From NCBI GenBank assembly GCA_965215265.1, contig OZ244048.1:1280001-1344000 (forward strand): a stretch of 64,000 nt of DNA, in the 5' to 3' direction. Positions within the stretch are counted from its first letter, which is position 1. Every line of letters starts with the position of its first letter. A program made the translations under genes and the position numbers. This DNA is from Candidatus Poribacteria bacterium (GTDB lineage: Bacteria > Poribacteria > WGA-4E > WGA-3G). The notes beneath the pieces were generated by a model. That model worked only from the letters and a program-made list of their open reading frames with translations. It ran no database searches and was not told where the DNA came from. Below are positions 30,774 to 40,257 of the stretch, one piece after another.

Positions 30774-31586
30774 TTATTGCGATTTTATCGCAGCCCAAGC
30801 CGTCGTTAACCGACCTTGTGGAGAAACCGGCGTTAATCCAAGCACAGAACCGAGCCCATTGTTCATCAACGTCTGAATGTCAGCTTGTTCGAGCGGAACA
30901 TTAAACACGGCAATCTCGTCTATTAAGCCGAGTGCCTGTCTTTCTGTAGCTGTACCACCCAAATTCACATCAAGTCCTGCAATTCCAAAATTACCGGTCG
31001 TATCCTGCTCAGCATCGACTTCGCCATCAACGTAGATAATTTTCTTCGCGCCATCATACGTGAAAGCGAGGTGGTGCCACGTATCATCGTTAACCGTAGC
31101 AGTACCGGAGAGCCACCGAGGGTTAAGGCTACCGCTCCCTACCTCAATTTTCCCTTGGTTCCCACTTCGCCCTGGGCCGAACACATTCAAAATGTTCTGC
31201 CAACCGGCAGCATAAGCGAGAATCATGTGATCGTCCGCGCAGCACGCGCTATGTGGATCCCCTTTTCGCTGGATTTTCACCCATGCTACACCTGTATACG
31301 CTTCACTTGTGCTTTCTAAACTAGCGGAACTCGGAACGTTAACGTAATCATCATCACCGTCGAGACTGAGTGCTTTTCCCCACTTGCCTCCGTCGGCAAC
31401 CGCTGCACCGTTCATCAATTCACCATCGTTTCCATTGTCGCTTAAATCGCTAACATCGCCGTCGTCAAAAAGCCAAACCGCGACAGCCGTTGTGCTATCA
31501 ACTGCTGCGAAACTCTGCAGTGCCAAAATAAAACATATTCCCAGCACCGCGGCCGTGACAACAACCGTTTGCAAATTTTTCCGCAT
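30774..31586 (-). CDS. Secreted LamG-like jellyroll protein
   Basis: Signal peptide, AVWLFDD, WHHLAFTYDG, GLIDEIAVFN, tail VSPQGRLTTAWAAIK. Confidence 0.88.
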   Translation of the reverse strand: MRKNLQTVVVTAAVLGICFILALQSFAAVDSTTAVAVWLFDDGDVSDLSDNGNDGELMNGAAVADGGKWGKALSLDGDDDYVNVPSSASLESTSEAYTGVAWVKIQRKGDPHSACCADDHMILAYAAGWQNILNVFGPGRSGNQGKIEVGSGSLNPRWLSGTATVNDDTWHHLAFTYDGAKKIIYVDGEVDAEQDTTGNFGIAGLDVNLGGTATERQALGLIDEIAVFNVPLEQADIQTLMNNGLGSVLGLTPVSPQGRLTTAWAAIKSQ

Positions 31587-31734
31587 CGTTATATCTCCCT
31601 ATAAGTACATGATAGTTTCGTAAACCAAATCCATTTAGGTTTCCTATTATATCATAAAGTGAGCATCACGTCAAATCACTTTCTTTCTGTCATGCACAAA
31701 AAACTAAATAGGCTCTCTAAAATAAAACATCCTC

Positions 31735-31763
31735 TTGACATTTTTAAGGTTTTTCGGTATATT
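31735..31763 (+). promoter_or_regulatory. Sigma70 promoter
   Basis: TTGACA-N17-TATATT, with an AGGAGG RBS before ATG 31854. Confidence 0.7.
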
Positions 31764-31853
31764 AATACTAAGATAACAGTCAATAACGCATATCCGGTAA
31801 AAAATCCAAACCCAGCGTAACATACAAAAACGTGACATTAGGAGGAATATGGC

Positions 31854-33551
31854 ATGTTAGTAGATGACAACAGAGAAGAACACCGTATGATGATTTTCGG
31901 TAACGATAGTCGATATGTCCAGGATCGGTTAATCCATGAAGCGCATGAGAACCCTGGGGGTATCCTGGCGCAGAAAGTCCATGCCCAATCCTATACCGTC
32001 ACGTTGTATGTATTGCTCAAACATTATGGCCTCACGCCTGTGTTCCGAATCAAGCCGCGCATCCGATTTCAACGTTCTAACTACGATAATCTCTCTTCGA
32101 GTGCACCGCTCCAGTATAGTCTTGATGACATCATCCATTTTGCGGAACTCAAACGGGGGATAGATCTCACAGAAAAACTTGACGATACAAAACTGGCAGA
32201 GATCCTCGGGGATGCCCCCACACTCGTTGAATTGGAGCAAGATCATGCCCTCCAACTTGTCTCGCAACGTGATGTCTCCCTTAGGAACCCGCCTTTCAAA
32301 ACCAAGACGAAGGTCTTCGGGCAAGGGGAGGAGGGCGGTGTAGAAGAAGGCGGGATACCGATAGGTAAATTCCTGGACGCACTCAACCAACCGCAAAACA
32401 CTGAGCAGATTTTCAAAGAGTTTTCCAGAGGTACTGACTTTGCACGCGACCTGCGTGAAGCACTCGATCCGCTTTCAAACTTTGAATTCCAATTCGGGCT
32501 CTATTCGCGCTACGAACGGCGCGATTGTGTTTTAAGTACTGAAAATCCTGAAAATAGTGGCAGCTACCGGGCCACATTTGACCCGTGGACCGCCTTGGGA
32601 TATATTCGGACAACCGACGATACACAGCAGTTCCAGATACTGGGACACGAACGCGGCACGCGCTGGGAACACAAAATTATGCTAGAGGCACTTGATGCGC
32701 GCACATTAGACCGGCTTGCTAAACAGTTTCGCACACTCCGGCAGCAATATCTCATAGGGCGCGTCTTATCCAAAAGCCAGACCGCCCTCAATATCTTAGC
32801 ACATCTCCGCGAAGCTCAACTCAATCATACCCCCGATTTTCCCTCCGGATACAAACTCAGCCTCGAAATCCGCTTAGCCGACAAGCGATTTTCCGTTATT
32901 CAACACCGACAAAAACTACGGCAGCTCTTTAACGGAAACGGCACGTATCAACTGCATCCGCTCAACGATGATATTGTTGAAAAGCATCAGAATCTGGCAA
33001 AGGGGGTACGGGACGGGGTTGTCTGGACACTTGATAATGTCAACCTTTTCACGGGATTCCCAACCGTCCAACAGAACGACGCAGGAATTCTTATCAACAG
33101 AACGCCCCCGCAAAACAAGTTTGTCGTCCGTTCTGCTGCAGAACTTCGGGAACGCCTCCCCAAAAACGGGTTTGAGAAATGTTGGAATGAGGTAGTTGAC
33201 ACAGGCGGCTATACAATCCTCAACAAAACCACTGGCAGAGGCTATACTGTTAGCTACGGGCATAGGGATACCGGCAGAACTCTAGAAGGCAACGTTACAC
33301 AAGAGGGACGCACCCACTTCCTCTCTATCGAGTATCTCGGCACTGCACACACACACAGCAGCAACCCTGCACCGCAAGAATCAGCCCAAGCTCACCCCGG
33401 CTTTTTACAGCAATTCTTCAACCGGTTCAGGACTCATAACCAACAACCGGTCCCCGCGCAGATGCGCTCTCTCATTCACACTGAACAACACGTCTTGGCT
33501 GAGATGAAAGAACTGGCGCAGTTTTGTAAGCAGAAATTGGAGATCCCCTAA
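31854..33551 (+). CDS. Hypothetical protein, possibly a triphosphate tunnel metalloenzyme (VTC/CYTH-like)
   Basis: 565-aa ORF with promoter and RBS; motifs REEHR, PRIR, YERR...YRATFD, WEHK and SK resemble the VTC domain order. Confidence 0.55.
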   Translation: MLVDDNREEHRMMIFGNDSRYVQDRLIHEAHENPGGILAQKVHAQSYTVTLYVLLKHYGLTPVFRIKPRIRFQRSNYDNLSSSAPLQYSLDDIIHFAELKRGIDLTEKLDDTKLAEILGDAPTLVELEQDHALQLVSQRDVSLRNPPFKTKTKVFGQGEEGGVEEGGIPIGKFLDALNQPQNTEQIFKEFSRGTDFARDLREALDPLSNFEFQFGLYSRYERRDCVLSTENPENSGSYRATFDPWTALGYIRTTDDTQQFQILGHERGTRWEHKIMLEALDARTLDRLAKQFRTLRQQYLIGRVLSKSQTALNILAHLREAQLNHTPDFPSGYKLSLEIRLADKRFSVIQHRQKLRQLFNGNGTYQLHPLNDDIVEKHQNLAKGVRDGVVWTLDNVNLFTGFPTVQQNDAGILINRTPPQNKFVVRSAAELRERLPKNGFEKCWNEVVDTGGYTILNKTTGRGYTVSYGHRDTGRTLEGNVTQEGRTHFLSIEYLGTAHTHSSNPAPQESAQAHPGFLQQFFNRFRTHNQQPVPAQMRSLIHTEQHVLAEMKELAQFCKQKLEIP

Positions 33552-33571
33552 CAGTAAAGGAGATAGTTACC

Positions 33572-34402
33572 ATGCCTCAAAATAGAAAAGTCCTCATCAC
33601 CGGTGCCGCCGGGTACATCGCCGGACGGATGCTCCCACAATTGCGACAACGCTACGAACTCCGCCTGCTAGACATAAAAAATACGAATCGAGCAGGAGAA
33701 CCTGTCGACGGAGTTCAGATTGCCGAATTGAGCGACCCCGATAGAGATGCCTACCGACACCATTTCCACGGCGTTGATGCCGTCATCCACTGCGCCTTTA
33801 AAGGCGGCAGCTTTGAGAATGAATTCGCAAACGTCCAGATGGCATATAACCTCTATCAGACATGCATAGAGACCGATGTCCGACGTGTCGTTGTCTGTAG
33901 CTCCAACCACGCCGCTGACTACTATGAACGGCTTATATGGGCAGATAAGTGCGAAGTGGTTACACCCGACATGCGTCCGTTATCCGATAATTTCTACGGG
34001 TGGGCAAAAGAGGCTTATGAACACCTCGGCTTTGTCTTTGCTACCGGGCACGTCGATGGAAAGAAACTCCAGAATATCCAACTCCGCATCGGCGGACCAC
34101 GGGAAACCGACATGGCGAATGCTTCTGCTGACGACTTAAAGCAGATGCACCGTGGACTCGGCGCATACCTGAGCACCCCCGATCAGCTACAACTTTTCGT
34201 TAAGAGCATTGAGACGGAAAACATAGAAGATGAAAATGGCATACCATTCCAAATCTTCTACGGCATCAGTGACAATTCGCATAAATTCTGGAGCATCGCC
34301 AATGCACGAAAAGTCATCGGATACGCACCGCGGGACAATAGCCAAGTCCGTTTCGCCAGCCGGCTCGCAGAATTATTGCAAGAGGCAAACGCTAACGCCT
34401 AA
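33572..34402 (+). CDS. NAD-dependent epimerase/dehydratase (uronate dehydrogenase-like)
   Basis: TGAAGYIA, SSNHA, YGWAK, LRIG, YGISDN. Confidence 0.85.
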   Translation: MPQNRKVLITGAAGYIAGRMLPQLRQRYELRLLDIKNTNRAGEPVDGVQIAELSDPDRDAYRHHFHGVDAVIHCAFKGGSFENEFANVQMAYNLYQTCIETDVRRVVVCSSNHAADYYERLIWADKCEVVTPDMRPLSDNFYGWAKEAYEHLGFVFATGHVDGKKLQNIQLRIGGPRETDMANASADDLKQMHRGLGAYLSTPDQLQLFVKSIETENIEDENGIPFQIFYGISDNSHKFWSIANARKVIGYAPRDNSQVRFASRLAELLQEANANA

Positions 34403-36288
34403 AACGAGGCACCTAAATTCACGTGGATCTTACCACGCAGGACAGATTCACCAGCGGCAAGCCCATAATTCAGACGGAGGATACCTCCACGCGATTCAAG
34501 GCGAGCCCCGAACCCATAGCCGACGCGGAGCCGCTCAAAAACCGAGGGACGTTCCACTAACGTCACTGCCCCCATATCTGTGAAAATAAAAACTTGGGAG
34601 GAACGTCCTACCAGAAAGCGATATTCTAACGAAGTATGCACGCGCCGCGGGCCAGAAAACCAGTCTTCATCATAACCGCGCAGTGTGTTCGCGCCGCCTA
34701 AATAAAACAATTCTGTTGGCGGGAAGCGCGTTCCCCAGGCCACCGCCCCGTGCAATCCGAGCGCCACCGTCTGATTCTGCCACGTCGGAAAATATTGCTG
34801 CAGCGAGAGCCAGACTTTCCGCAGTCGGAAATCACTGCGCGACACCTCAAACGCAAGGCTATCGCGCCGCCCACGAGTCGGATTCAAAAAATAGTCGCGC
34901 GTATCCCGCGTCAACTCAATGGTCAGACTATACTTTGTTCCCTTGTAGTGCGACGATGCGTCCAAAACAGACGCGACATCCGTAGGCAGCGCCGCGGAAC
35001 GCTCAGCGTCCGGATTCGAAACTCCGACCGGCAATGCCCCGGAAACGGAAGGTTCAGGGCCCGCATCTAAAACTGTCGCACCGCCTGAAACAAACCCCGC
35101 CTCCGGAACGTTGAGGCGGATATACCCTACTGTCAACACGCCTTCAAAGAACCGCCCGAAATTCGCTTTCCCACTCAGCCTCGCATACTGCTCCTCGGAC
35201 ACCGCCTCAGTGTACGGATTGCGCTGGGCAACTGTCCCATATCCAACTCCAGCTGCTATCGGTTTGCCTGCTATCCACGGTTCCTCATACGCAAAACGCA
35301 ACGTTTTCCTTAGACCTGTTTTCCAATAGAAACTCACTTGCCGCCCTGTTCCCAACAGATTGGTTTCGCGTGCCTCAAGCACCCCGGTCACCTGCGGTGC
35401 CGCATCTACATCCGAGGCCGGGGGCGCGTACCCGATGACACCACTCAGCCGTCCTGTTCGCGCCTCTGTCACACGCGCATGGAAATTAATCATATCGGCT
35501 TTCTCACTCGCCTCTAATACATTCGGATTGATGGAATAAAAATATCCTAAATTGCGCAACCGGCGATAACTTAGGTCAATCTTCCGCTGATCGAACCGTT
35601 CCCCCGATTTGACAAGTATTTCCCGAAGCACCACACGCTTTTTTGTCTTTTTCAGACCGGTCACCTTAACCTCGCCAATCTGAATTGGCGAACCCTTACG
35701 CACATTCAATTGGAAATCTACGCTACCGCGCGCTGATACAAACTGGAAGCCAGTCGGTTCCACCTCAACTTTTGGGTAGCCGTGCTCACTGTACAACTGC
35801 TGAATCCGCTCTATTCCACCTTCCAAAGCAGCTTGTGTAAACCGCGTCCCCTCGCGCAATCCGAGCACTTGCCGAATGTCGGTTTCAGAAAATCGTGGTG
35901 CAACTGCTGACTCAATCTTTAACGTCACCACGCCGACACGTACTTGTTTCCCCTCTACTATTCTTACCGTAATCGAGACTGGCTTTTCCTTAACGTTTCC
36001 CGTCTCTGCAGGCAGGGCATCCGGCGTGAGTTCAGCAAATACAAAACCGGCTTCACGATACGCAGCGAGGACGCGCTCAAAGCCATCTACAAATTCCTCA
36101 CGTAGATACGTCTGTCCTGCTTGCAACCCGCACTGCTCTTCCAACTTCTTATCATTGAAGTGCACATGTCCTTCAAACCGGAGCTGCCTAAGCCGGTAGC
36201 GCTGCTCTGAAGCTTCCGCCTGCAACCCAACGCAGGGCAGCGGAAAATAAAAAACCAAAACTATGAAAAAAAGAAGTCGCAGTATCAT
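34399..36288 (-). CDS. Omp85/BamA-TamA family outer membrane protein with POTRA domains
   Basis: POTRA repeats, ETNLLGTG, FYLGGANTLRGY, C-terminal IHVNLGASF beta-signal. Confidence 0.88.
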   Translation of the reverse strand: MILRLLFFIVLVFYFPLPCVGLQAEASEQRYRLRQLRFEGHVHFNDKKLEEQCGLQAGQTYLREEFVDGFERVLAAYREAGFVFAELTPDALPAETGNVKEKPVSITVRIVEGKQVRVGVVTLKIESAVAPRFSETDIRQVLGLREGTRFTQAALEGGIERIQQLYSEHGYPKVEVEPTGFQFVSARGSVDFQLNVRKGSPIQIGEVKVTGLKKTKKRVVLREILVKSGERFDQRKIDLSYRRLRNLGYFYSINPNVLEASEKADMINFHARVTEARTGRLSGVIGYAPPASDVDAAPQVTGVLEARETNLLGTGRQVSFYWKTGLRKTLRFAYEEPWIAGKPIAAGVGYGTVAQRNPYTEAVSEEQYARLSGKANFGRFFEGVLTVGYIRLNVPEAGFVSGGATVLDAGPEPSVSGALPVGVSNPDAERSAALPTDVASVLDASSHYKGTKYSLTIELTRDTRDYFLNPTRGRRDSLAFEVSRSDFRLRKVWLSLQQYFPTWQNQTVALGLHGAVAWGTRFPPTELFYLGGANTLRGYDEDWFSGPRRVHTSLEYRFLVGRSSQVFIFTDMGAVTLVERPSVFERLRVGYGFGARLESRGGILRLNYGLAAGESVLRGKIHVNLGASF

Positions 36289-36929
36289 ATCAATTTCACC
36301 TTATAATTCATATCGTATCGTGTAAGAATAATCGCCCGAGCACGACACCTCTTTTCTGCTTGATTGGTGCTTCCGGTTTATAATCTGTGCATTTGTAGGC
36401 GGGCGATGAATTGCTTGTTCCCTGCCCCAAGGTGCCTCACATCCGGAATATCTCTTATCCGCCGGCAAATCCCTCAATCCTGATGAAATCAAACGAGTCT
36501 CGTTAGGATGTCGTGGGTATGCAGCAGGCATTTGCACGTCCGTTTTTTTCTAAAACGGGTGGTACAAGGCTTCGGATTTGCATCCATGTTTCAAAACGCG
36601 GTAAAAAGTTGTCAATCTCACAAAAAAGTGTTATAATATACTATGGAAACGCCTTTGGGTTCAGGTTTTGCTTCTCTCATTATACCATAGGAGTCCTCCG
36701 GCGCGCACATCTTTATTTTTTTTACACCGGGCTCACGTGATGTTTTCCTTTATAGCAAACTTCCTAGAAAAGAGAAACACAACGATGGAGTTACAGTATA
36801 CCTTGGCAGCGGCGGCACAACTGAAAAAATAAGCCACGCAAAAACCGAGATTTGCCAGGGGACGCTTTCTAAATTTTTAAACCGAACTCACGTTCGGTTA
36901 AACTGAACTGAATTGAGAGGTGCATCAGG

Positions 36930-37703
36930 ATGCGTTTTGAAAACAGGGTGGCTTTTGTAACAGGGGGTGGCGGGCCTCTAGGGATTGGCAGGGCGGCATG
37001 TCTTGCCTTCGCCTGTGAAGGTGCGTCCGTGGTCGTCGCTGGAGGCAGAAGTGCGGATGCCGTCGCTGCAGAAATTCAGCGTAACGGAGGCAAGGCAATC
37101 TCCGTACCGCTAGATGTTACCGTACCTGAGCAAGTCCAAGCAGCAATGGATACCACGGTAGCTCGTTTTAAACGGGTGGATATTCTCTTTAATAATGCAG
37201 GTATCCTCGGGCGTGAGCCGTTGTTTGAACTCAAACCAGAGCAATTTGATAAGGTGATGGCAGTGAACGTTAAAGGATGTCTGTTATGTGCACAGGCAGC
37301 CGCCAAGGTGATGATAGACACAGGTATACGGGGCCGGATTATTAATAATTCTTCGATCTTTGCAGAAGAATCACACGTTGGAGTTTTGAGTTATTGTGTG
37401 AGCAAAGCGGCGTTGAATCGGCTGACCCGCAGTCTCGCACTCGAGTTGCGTCCGTATGGCATTACAGTGAATGCGATAGCGCCAGGGGGCGGTGCGCCGA
37501 CAGGCATGAATGCTGCCCAAAACCTACCCAAGGATGAAACTCTGCCCCAGTTGCCGCCTGTTTCACCGGATGCACCCCCGCTTGAACGCGGTGCGACTGT
37601 CTGGGACTATATCGGCGGTGTACTGTTTCTGGCTTCCGATGAAGCCGCTTATATTAGCGGAGAAATTATGACCATTGACGGAGGCGCGGTGGCACGCCGA
37701 TAA
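36930..37703 (+). CDS. SDR family oxidoreductase
   Basis: TGGGGPLGIG, NNAG, YCVSK, VNAIAPG, IDGG. Confidence 0.9.
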   Translation: MRFENRVAFVTGGGGPLGIGRAACLAFACEGASVVVAGGRSADAVAAEIQRNGGKAISVPLDVTVPEQVQAAMDTTVARFKRVDILFNNAGILGREPLFELKPEQFDKVMAVNVKGCLLCAQAAAKVMIDTGIRGRIINNSSIFAEESHVGVLSYCVSKAALNRLTRSLALELRPYGITVNAIAPGGGAPTGMNAAQNLPKDETLPQLPPVSPDAPPLERGATVWDYIGGVLFLASDEAAYISGEIMTIDGGAVARR

Positions 37704-37719
37704 ATAAGGAGGCAATCGG

Positions 37720-38157
37720 TTGGGGTTTATTAGTACATTAGCACCTTATGGGCTCTTAATCTTTGAGTGGCTTAAAGAACACGGTTTATTTCTCGGCATT
37801 ATCTCATCTATCATTTTTGTGGTGAGCCTCACCGGATGCGCAGCCGTTATCGCTTACCTGCCTTCTGACTATTTTATCCGCAAAAAACAGGTCCGTCGTA
37901 TTAAGCAACCTGTTTTACGGGTGTGTCTAAGCTTGTTCAAAAACTTTCTCGCTATGATTCTTATTGTTGTAGGAATTATCCAAATCCCGTTACCTGGGCA
38001 AGGTATTTTGACAATTTTAATAGGGATTTTGATGAGTGACATCCCTGGCAAGCGGCGGTGGGAACGTCGTCTCATTCAAATACCTGCAGTGTTCAAAGGG
38101 GCAAATGGTATCCGCGCCTGTTTTAAACGCCCACCGCTCGTGTTAGAACAAAAGTAG
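37720..38157 (+). CDS. Small membrane protein (PGPGW-like family)
   Basis: Hydrophobic helices; KN..A..L...G...PLPGQGILTILIG...D.PGK.R.ERRL; TTG start with AGGAGG RBS. Confidence 0.7.
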   Translation: MGFISTLAPYGLLIFEWLKEHGLFLGIISSIIFVVSLTGCAAVIAYLPSDYFIRKKQVRRIKQPVLRVCLSLFKNFLAMILIVVGIIQIPLPGQGILTILIGILMSDIPGKRRWERRLIQIPAVFKGANGIRACFKRPPLVLEQK

Positions 38158-38174
38158 AGTAATTGTGTTCTCGT

Positions 38175-38838
38175 CTACCGATCAAACAACCGCTTATGAA
38201 TTTCCAACAGTCATTGGAGCTCTTTAATGGGTTCAACGTGGTCGTCGACGCGAAGGTCTATGTAACGGTCATTGAAGCCGCTGTAGTCCCCATTTTCGCG
38301 TACAACGAGTAGTGCCGCAGACTGCTGTCCGCGTCTATCGCCTCCATTTTCTTGCGCAGCGATGAGTTTATCAGCGAGTTCGCCTTGGGATTTCTCAAAG
38401 GCTTTCCGCATCGCCTTGACGACTGCTTCTCCGGCAAGAATATTGCCTTGGGCAGTATAATTTTTGCCTGATGCGGTGCCTGCCCACTCCTGGCATTTAT
38501 CTCCGGTATAGTTTGCGATGTTGCCTTTCGCGTCCACGATGCCGACTTGCCGAGTTGCATGTCCCCCATCCGCTGCGATGAGACGTTCTAAGGTCTGTTC
38601 TGCCGAAAGCCCACTTTTAAGCCCTTCGGACCGCATGTGGTGTTTGCCCAAGATTGCGTTGCAACTGCTCCAACGCCTGCTTCTGCCCAAGGGACAACTG
38701 CACCGACAGCGAATAATTTAGATTGCACGGCAACCCCAAGGTCTCCGTTATCCGGTCGTATGCAACAATGGAAAACGTCGCGACGGGGAATGCAGGCTCA
38801 GAAACGGATAAAAATAGACTAAAGGGCAAAAAAAGCAT
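38175..38838 (-). pseudogene. DUF1028 (Ntn-hydrolase-like) pseudogene
   Basis: ATFSIVAYD / DLGVAVQSK...VGAVATQS / RQVGIVD...QGNIL...GGDRRGQQSAAL...DLRVDDH is split by frameshifts near 38755 and 38618, has small deletions, and has a TGA at 38211 inside ELQ*LLEIH. Confidence 0.8.
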
Positions 38839-38899
38839 CAGGTGCTCCTATGAGGCATATTCTGAGGTTGCTTGGACAGCGAGGGAAAAATAGCGTCCT

Positions 38900-40198
38900 T
38901 TACTCTTCTTCAAATCGGATCTTCATTGCAGCAGCATGCCCTTCTAACCCCTCTACTTCGGCGAGTTTAACAACAGCCGGCGTGACTTTCTCTAAAGCGG
39001 TTTTGGTGTAAGAAATAAGGCTGGTCTTCTTTATGAAATCGTCAACACTTAAGGGTGAAGCGTAACGAGCAGCAGTTCCGGTCGGCAGGACGTGATTGGG
39101 GCCCGCAATGTAATCGCCAACCGCTTCAGGCGAATAAGGTCCGAGCAAAACGGCACCAGCGTTTTGGATTTTCCCTAACCATTCCAGCGGATTCTCTACG
39201 TGCAATTCAACGTGTTCCGGCGCGATTTGATTGGTGAGTTCAACGGCTTCGTCTAAATTGGTGACAACAAACGCGACACCGTAGTTTTCTAAAGCCTGTT
39301 GAATCTGGTTTAGGCGCGGCAGATCCTCGGTTTGGAGCTGCACTGCGGCCCTGACCTGTTCAGCAAAACCGAGTGATTCGGTAAACAGGATTGCAGAACA
39401 GTCCGCGCTGTGCTCTGCTTGTGAAATCAAATCGGCGGCGATATAATCCGGATCGGCGGTGCTATCCGCAATGACGAGAATTTCGCTTGGGCCAGCCAGT
39501 TTATCTATATCGACATGCCCGTAAACCTCTTTTTTTGCAAGTTGGACGTAGAGATTGCCGGGGCCCACAACCTTGTCGACAGGGGGTATCGTCTCTGTTC
39601 CATAAGCCAGGGCCGCCACAGCTTGGGCCCCGCCACACTTATAGAGTTCTCGCACGCCACATTCAGCAGCAGCAACTACCATGTGTGGGTTAATCTGCCG
39701 ATTCCGTAGCGGGCCCATACAGACAGCAATTTCCTCAACGCCACAGATGGTAGCGGGTATGACGTTCATTAGCAACGAAGACACGAGGGCCTGACTCACT
39801 GACGGAATACAGATGCCGACGCGTTTTAAGGGACGGATGAGATGCCCTAGAATAACGCCATCTGCTTCTGTAGACACCCAGGAAGTACGCAGCTGCTTTT
39901 GGTGGAACTTCTCAATGTTCTTTCTAGCATGGGTAACTGCTTCAATAAATTCGGAGGTTACCTCTAAATAAGCCTGCCCAAATTCTTCAGGTGTTACCTT
40001 GAGCTCTTTTGGAGAAAAACGTGGGGCATCGAGTTTTCTCGTATATCGTGCGACAGCTTTATCGCCTTCATTTCGTACGTCGCTCAGGGTGCGTCGTACT
40101 GTTTTGAAGATGCCCTCATCGGTTAACTTTCCTCTCGCCTGCAATTTTGTTAGGAAAGCCTTTGCTTCTGGCGTATGCGTTTGAAGTATTCGCAACAT
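38900..40198 (-). CDS. hisD: Histidinol dehydrogenase
   Basis: GGAQAVAALAYGTE, GPGN, AGPSE, SQAEH, APEH, GDYIAGPNHVLPT. Confidence 0.96.
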   Translation of the reverse strand: MLRILQTHTPEAKAFLTKLQARGKLTDEGIFKTVRRTLSDVRNEGDKAVARYTRKLDAPRFSPKELKVTPEEFGQAYLEVTSEFIEAVTHARKNIEKFHQKQLRTSWVSTEADGVILGHLIRPLKRVGICIPSVSQALVSSLLMNVIPATICGVEEIAVCMGPLRNRQINPHMVVAAAECGVRELYKCGGAQAVAALAYGTETIPPVDKVVGPGNLYVQLAKKEVYGHVDIDKLAGPSEILVIADSTADPDYIAADLISQAEHSADCSAILFTESLGFAEQVRAAVQLQTEDLPRLNQIQQALENYGVAFVVTNLDEAVELTNQIAPEHVELHVENPLEWLGKIQNAGAVLLGPYSPEAVGDYIAGPNHVLPTGTAARYASPLSVDDFIKKTSLISYTKTALEKVTPAVVKLAEVEGLEGHAAAMKIRFEEE

Positions 40199-40257
40199 CG
40201 TTCAATAAGTGCTTCCTTTTCGCGGGTGTACTGCGTCCTGTTTAATCCGGCTTTGTG

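Noticed and set aside
36301-36537. 78-aa ORF upstream of the Omp85 gene and 15-codon ORFs at 36646 and 36785
   Set aside because: No recognisable motifs, and the 78-aa ORF overlaps a REP-like sequence. The RelE-like look of MELQYTLAAAAQLKK is too short to support.
38211-38213. Second selenocysteine codon (TGA in the DUF1028 gene)
   Set aside because: The context ELQ*LLEIH suggests a CGA-to-TGA nonsense change rather than a Cys position, and the gene has several other lesions.
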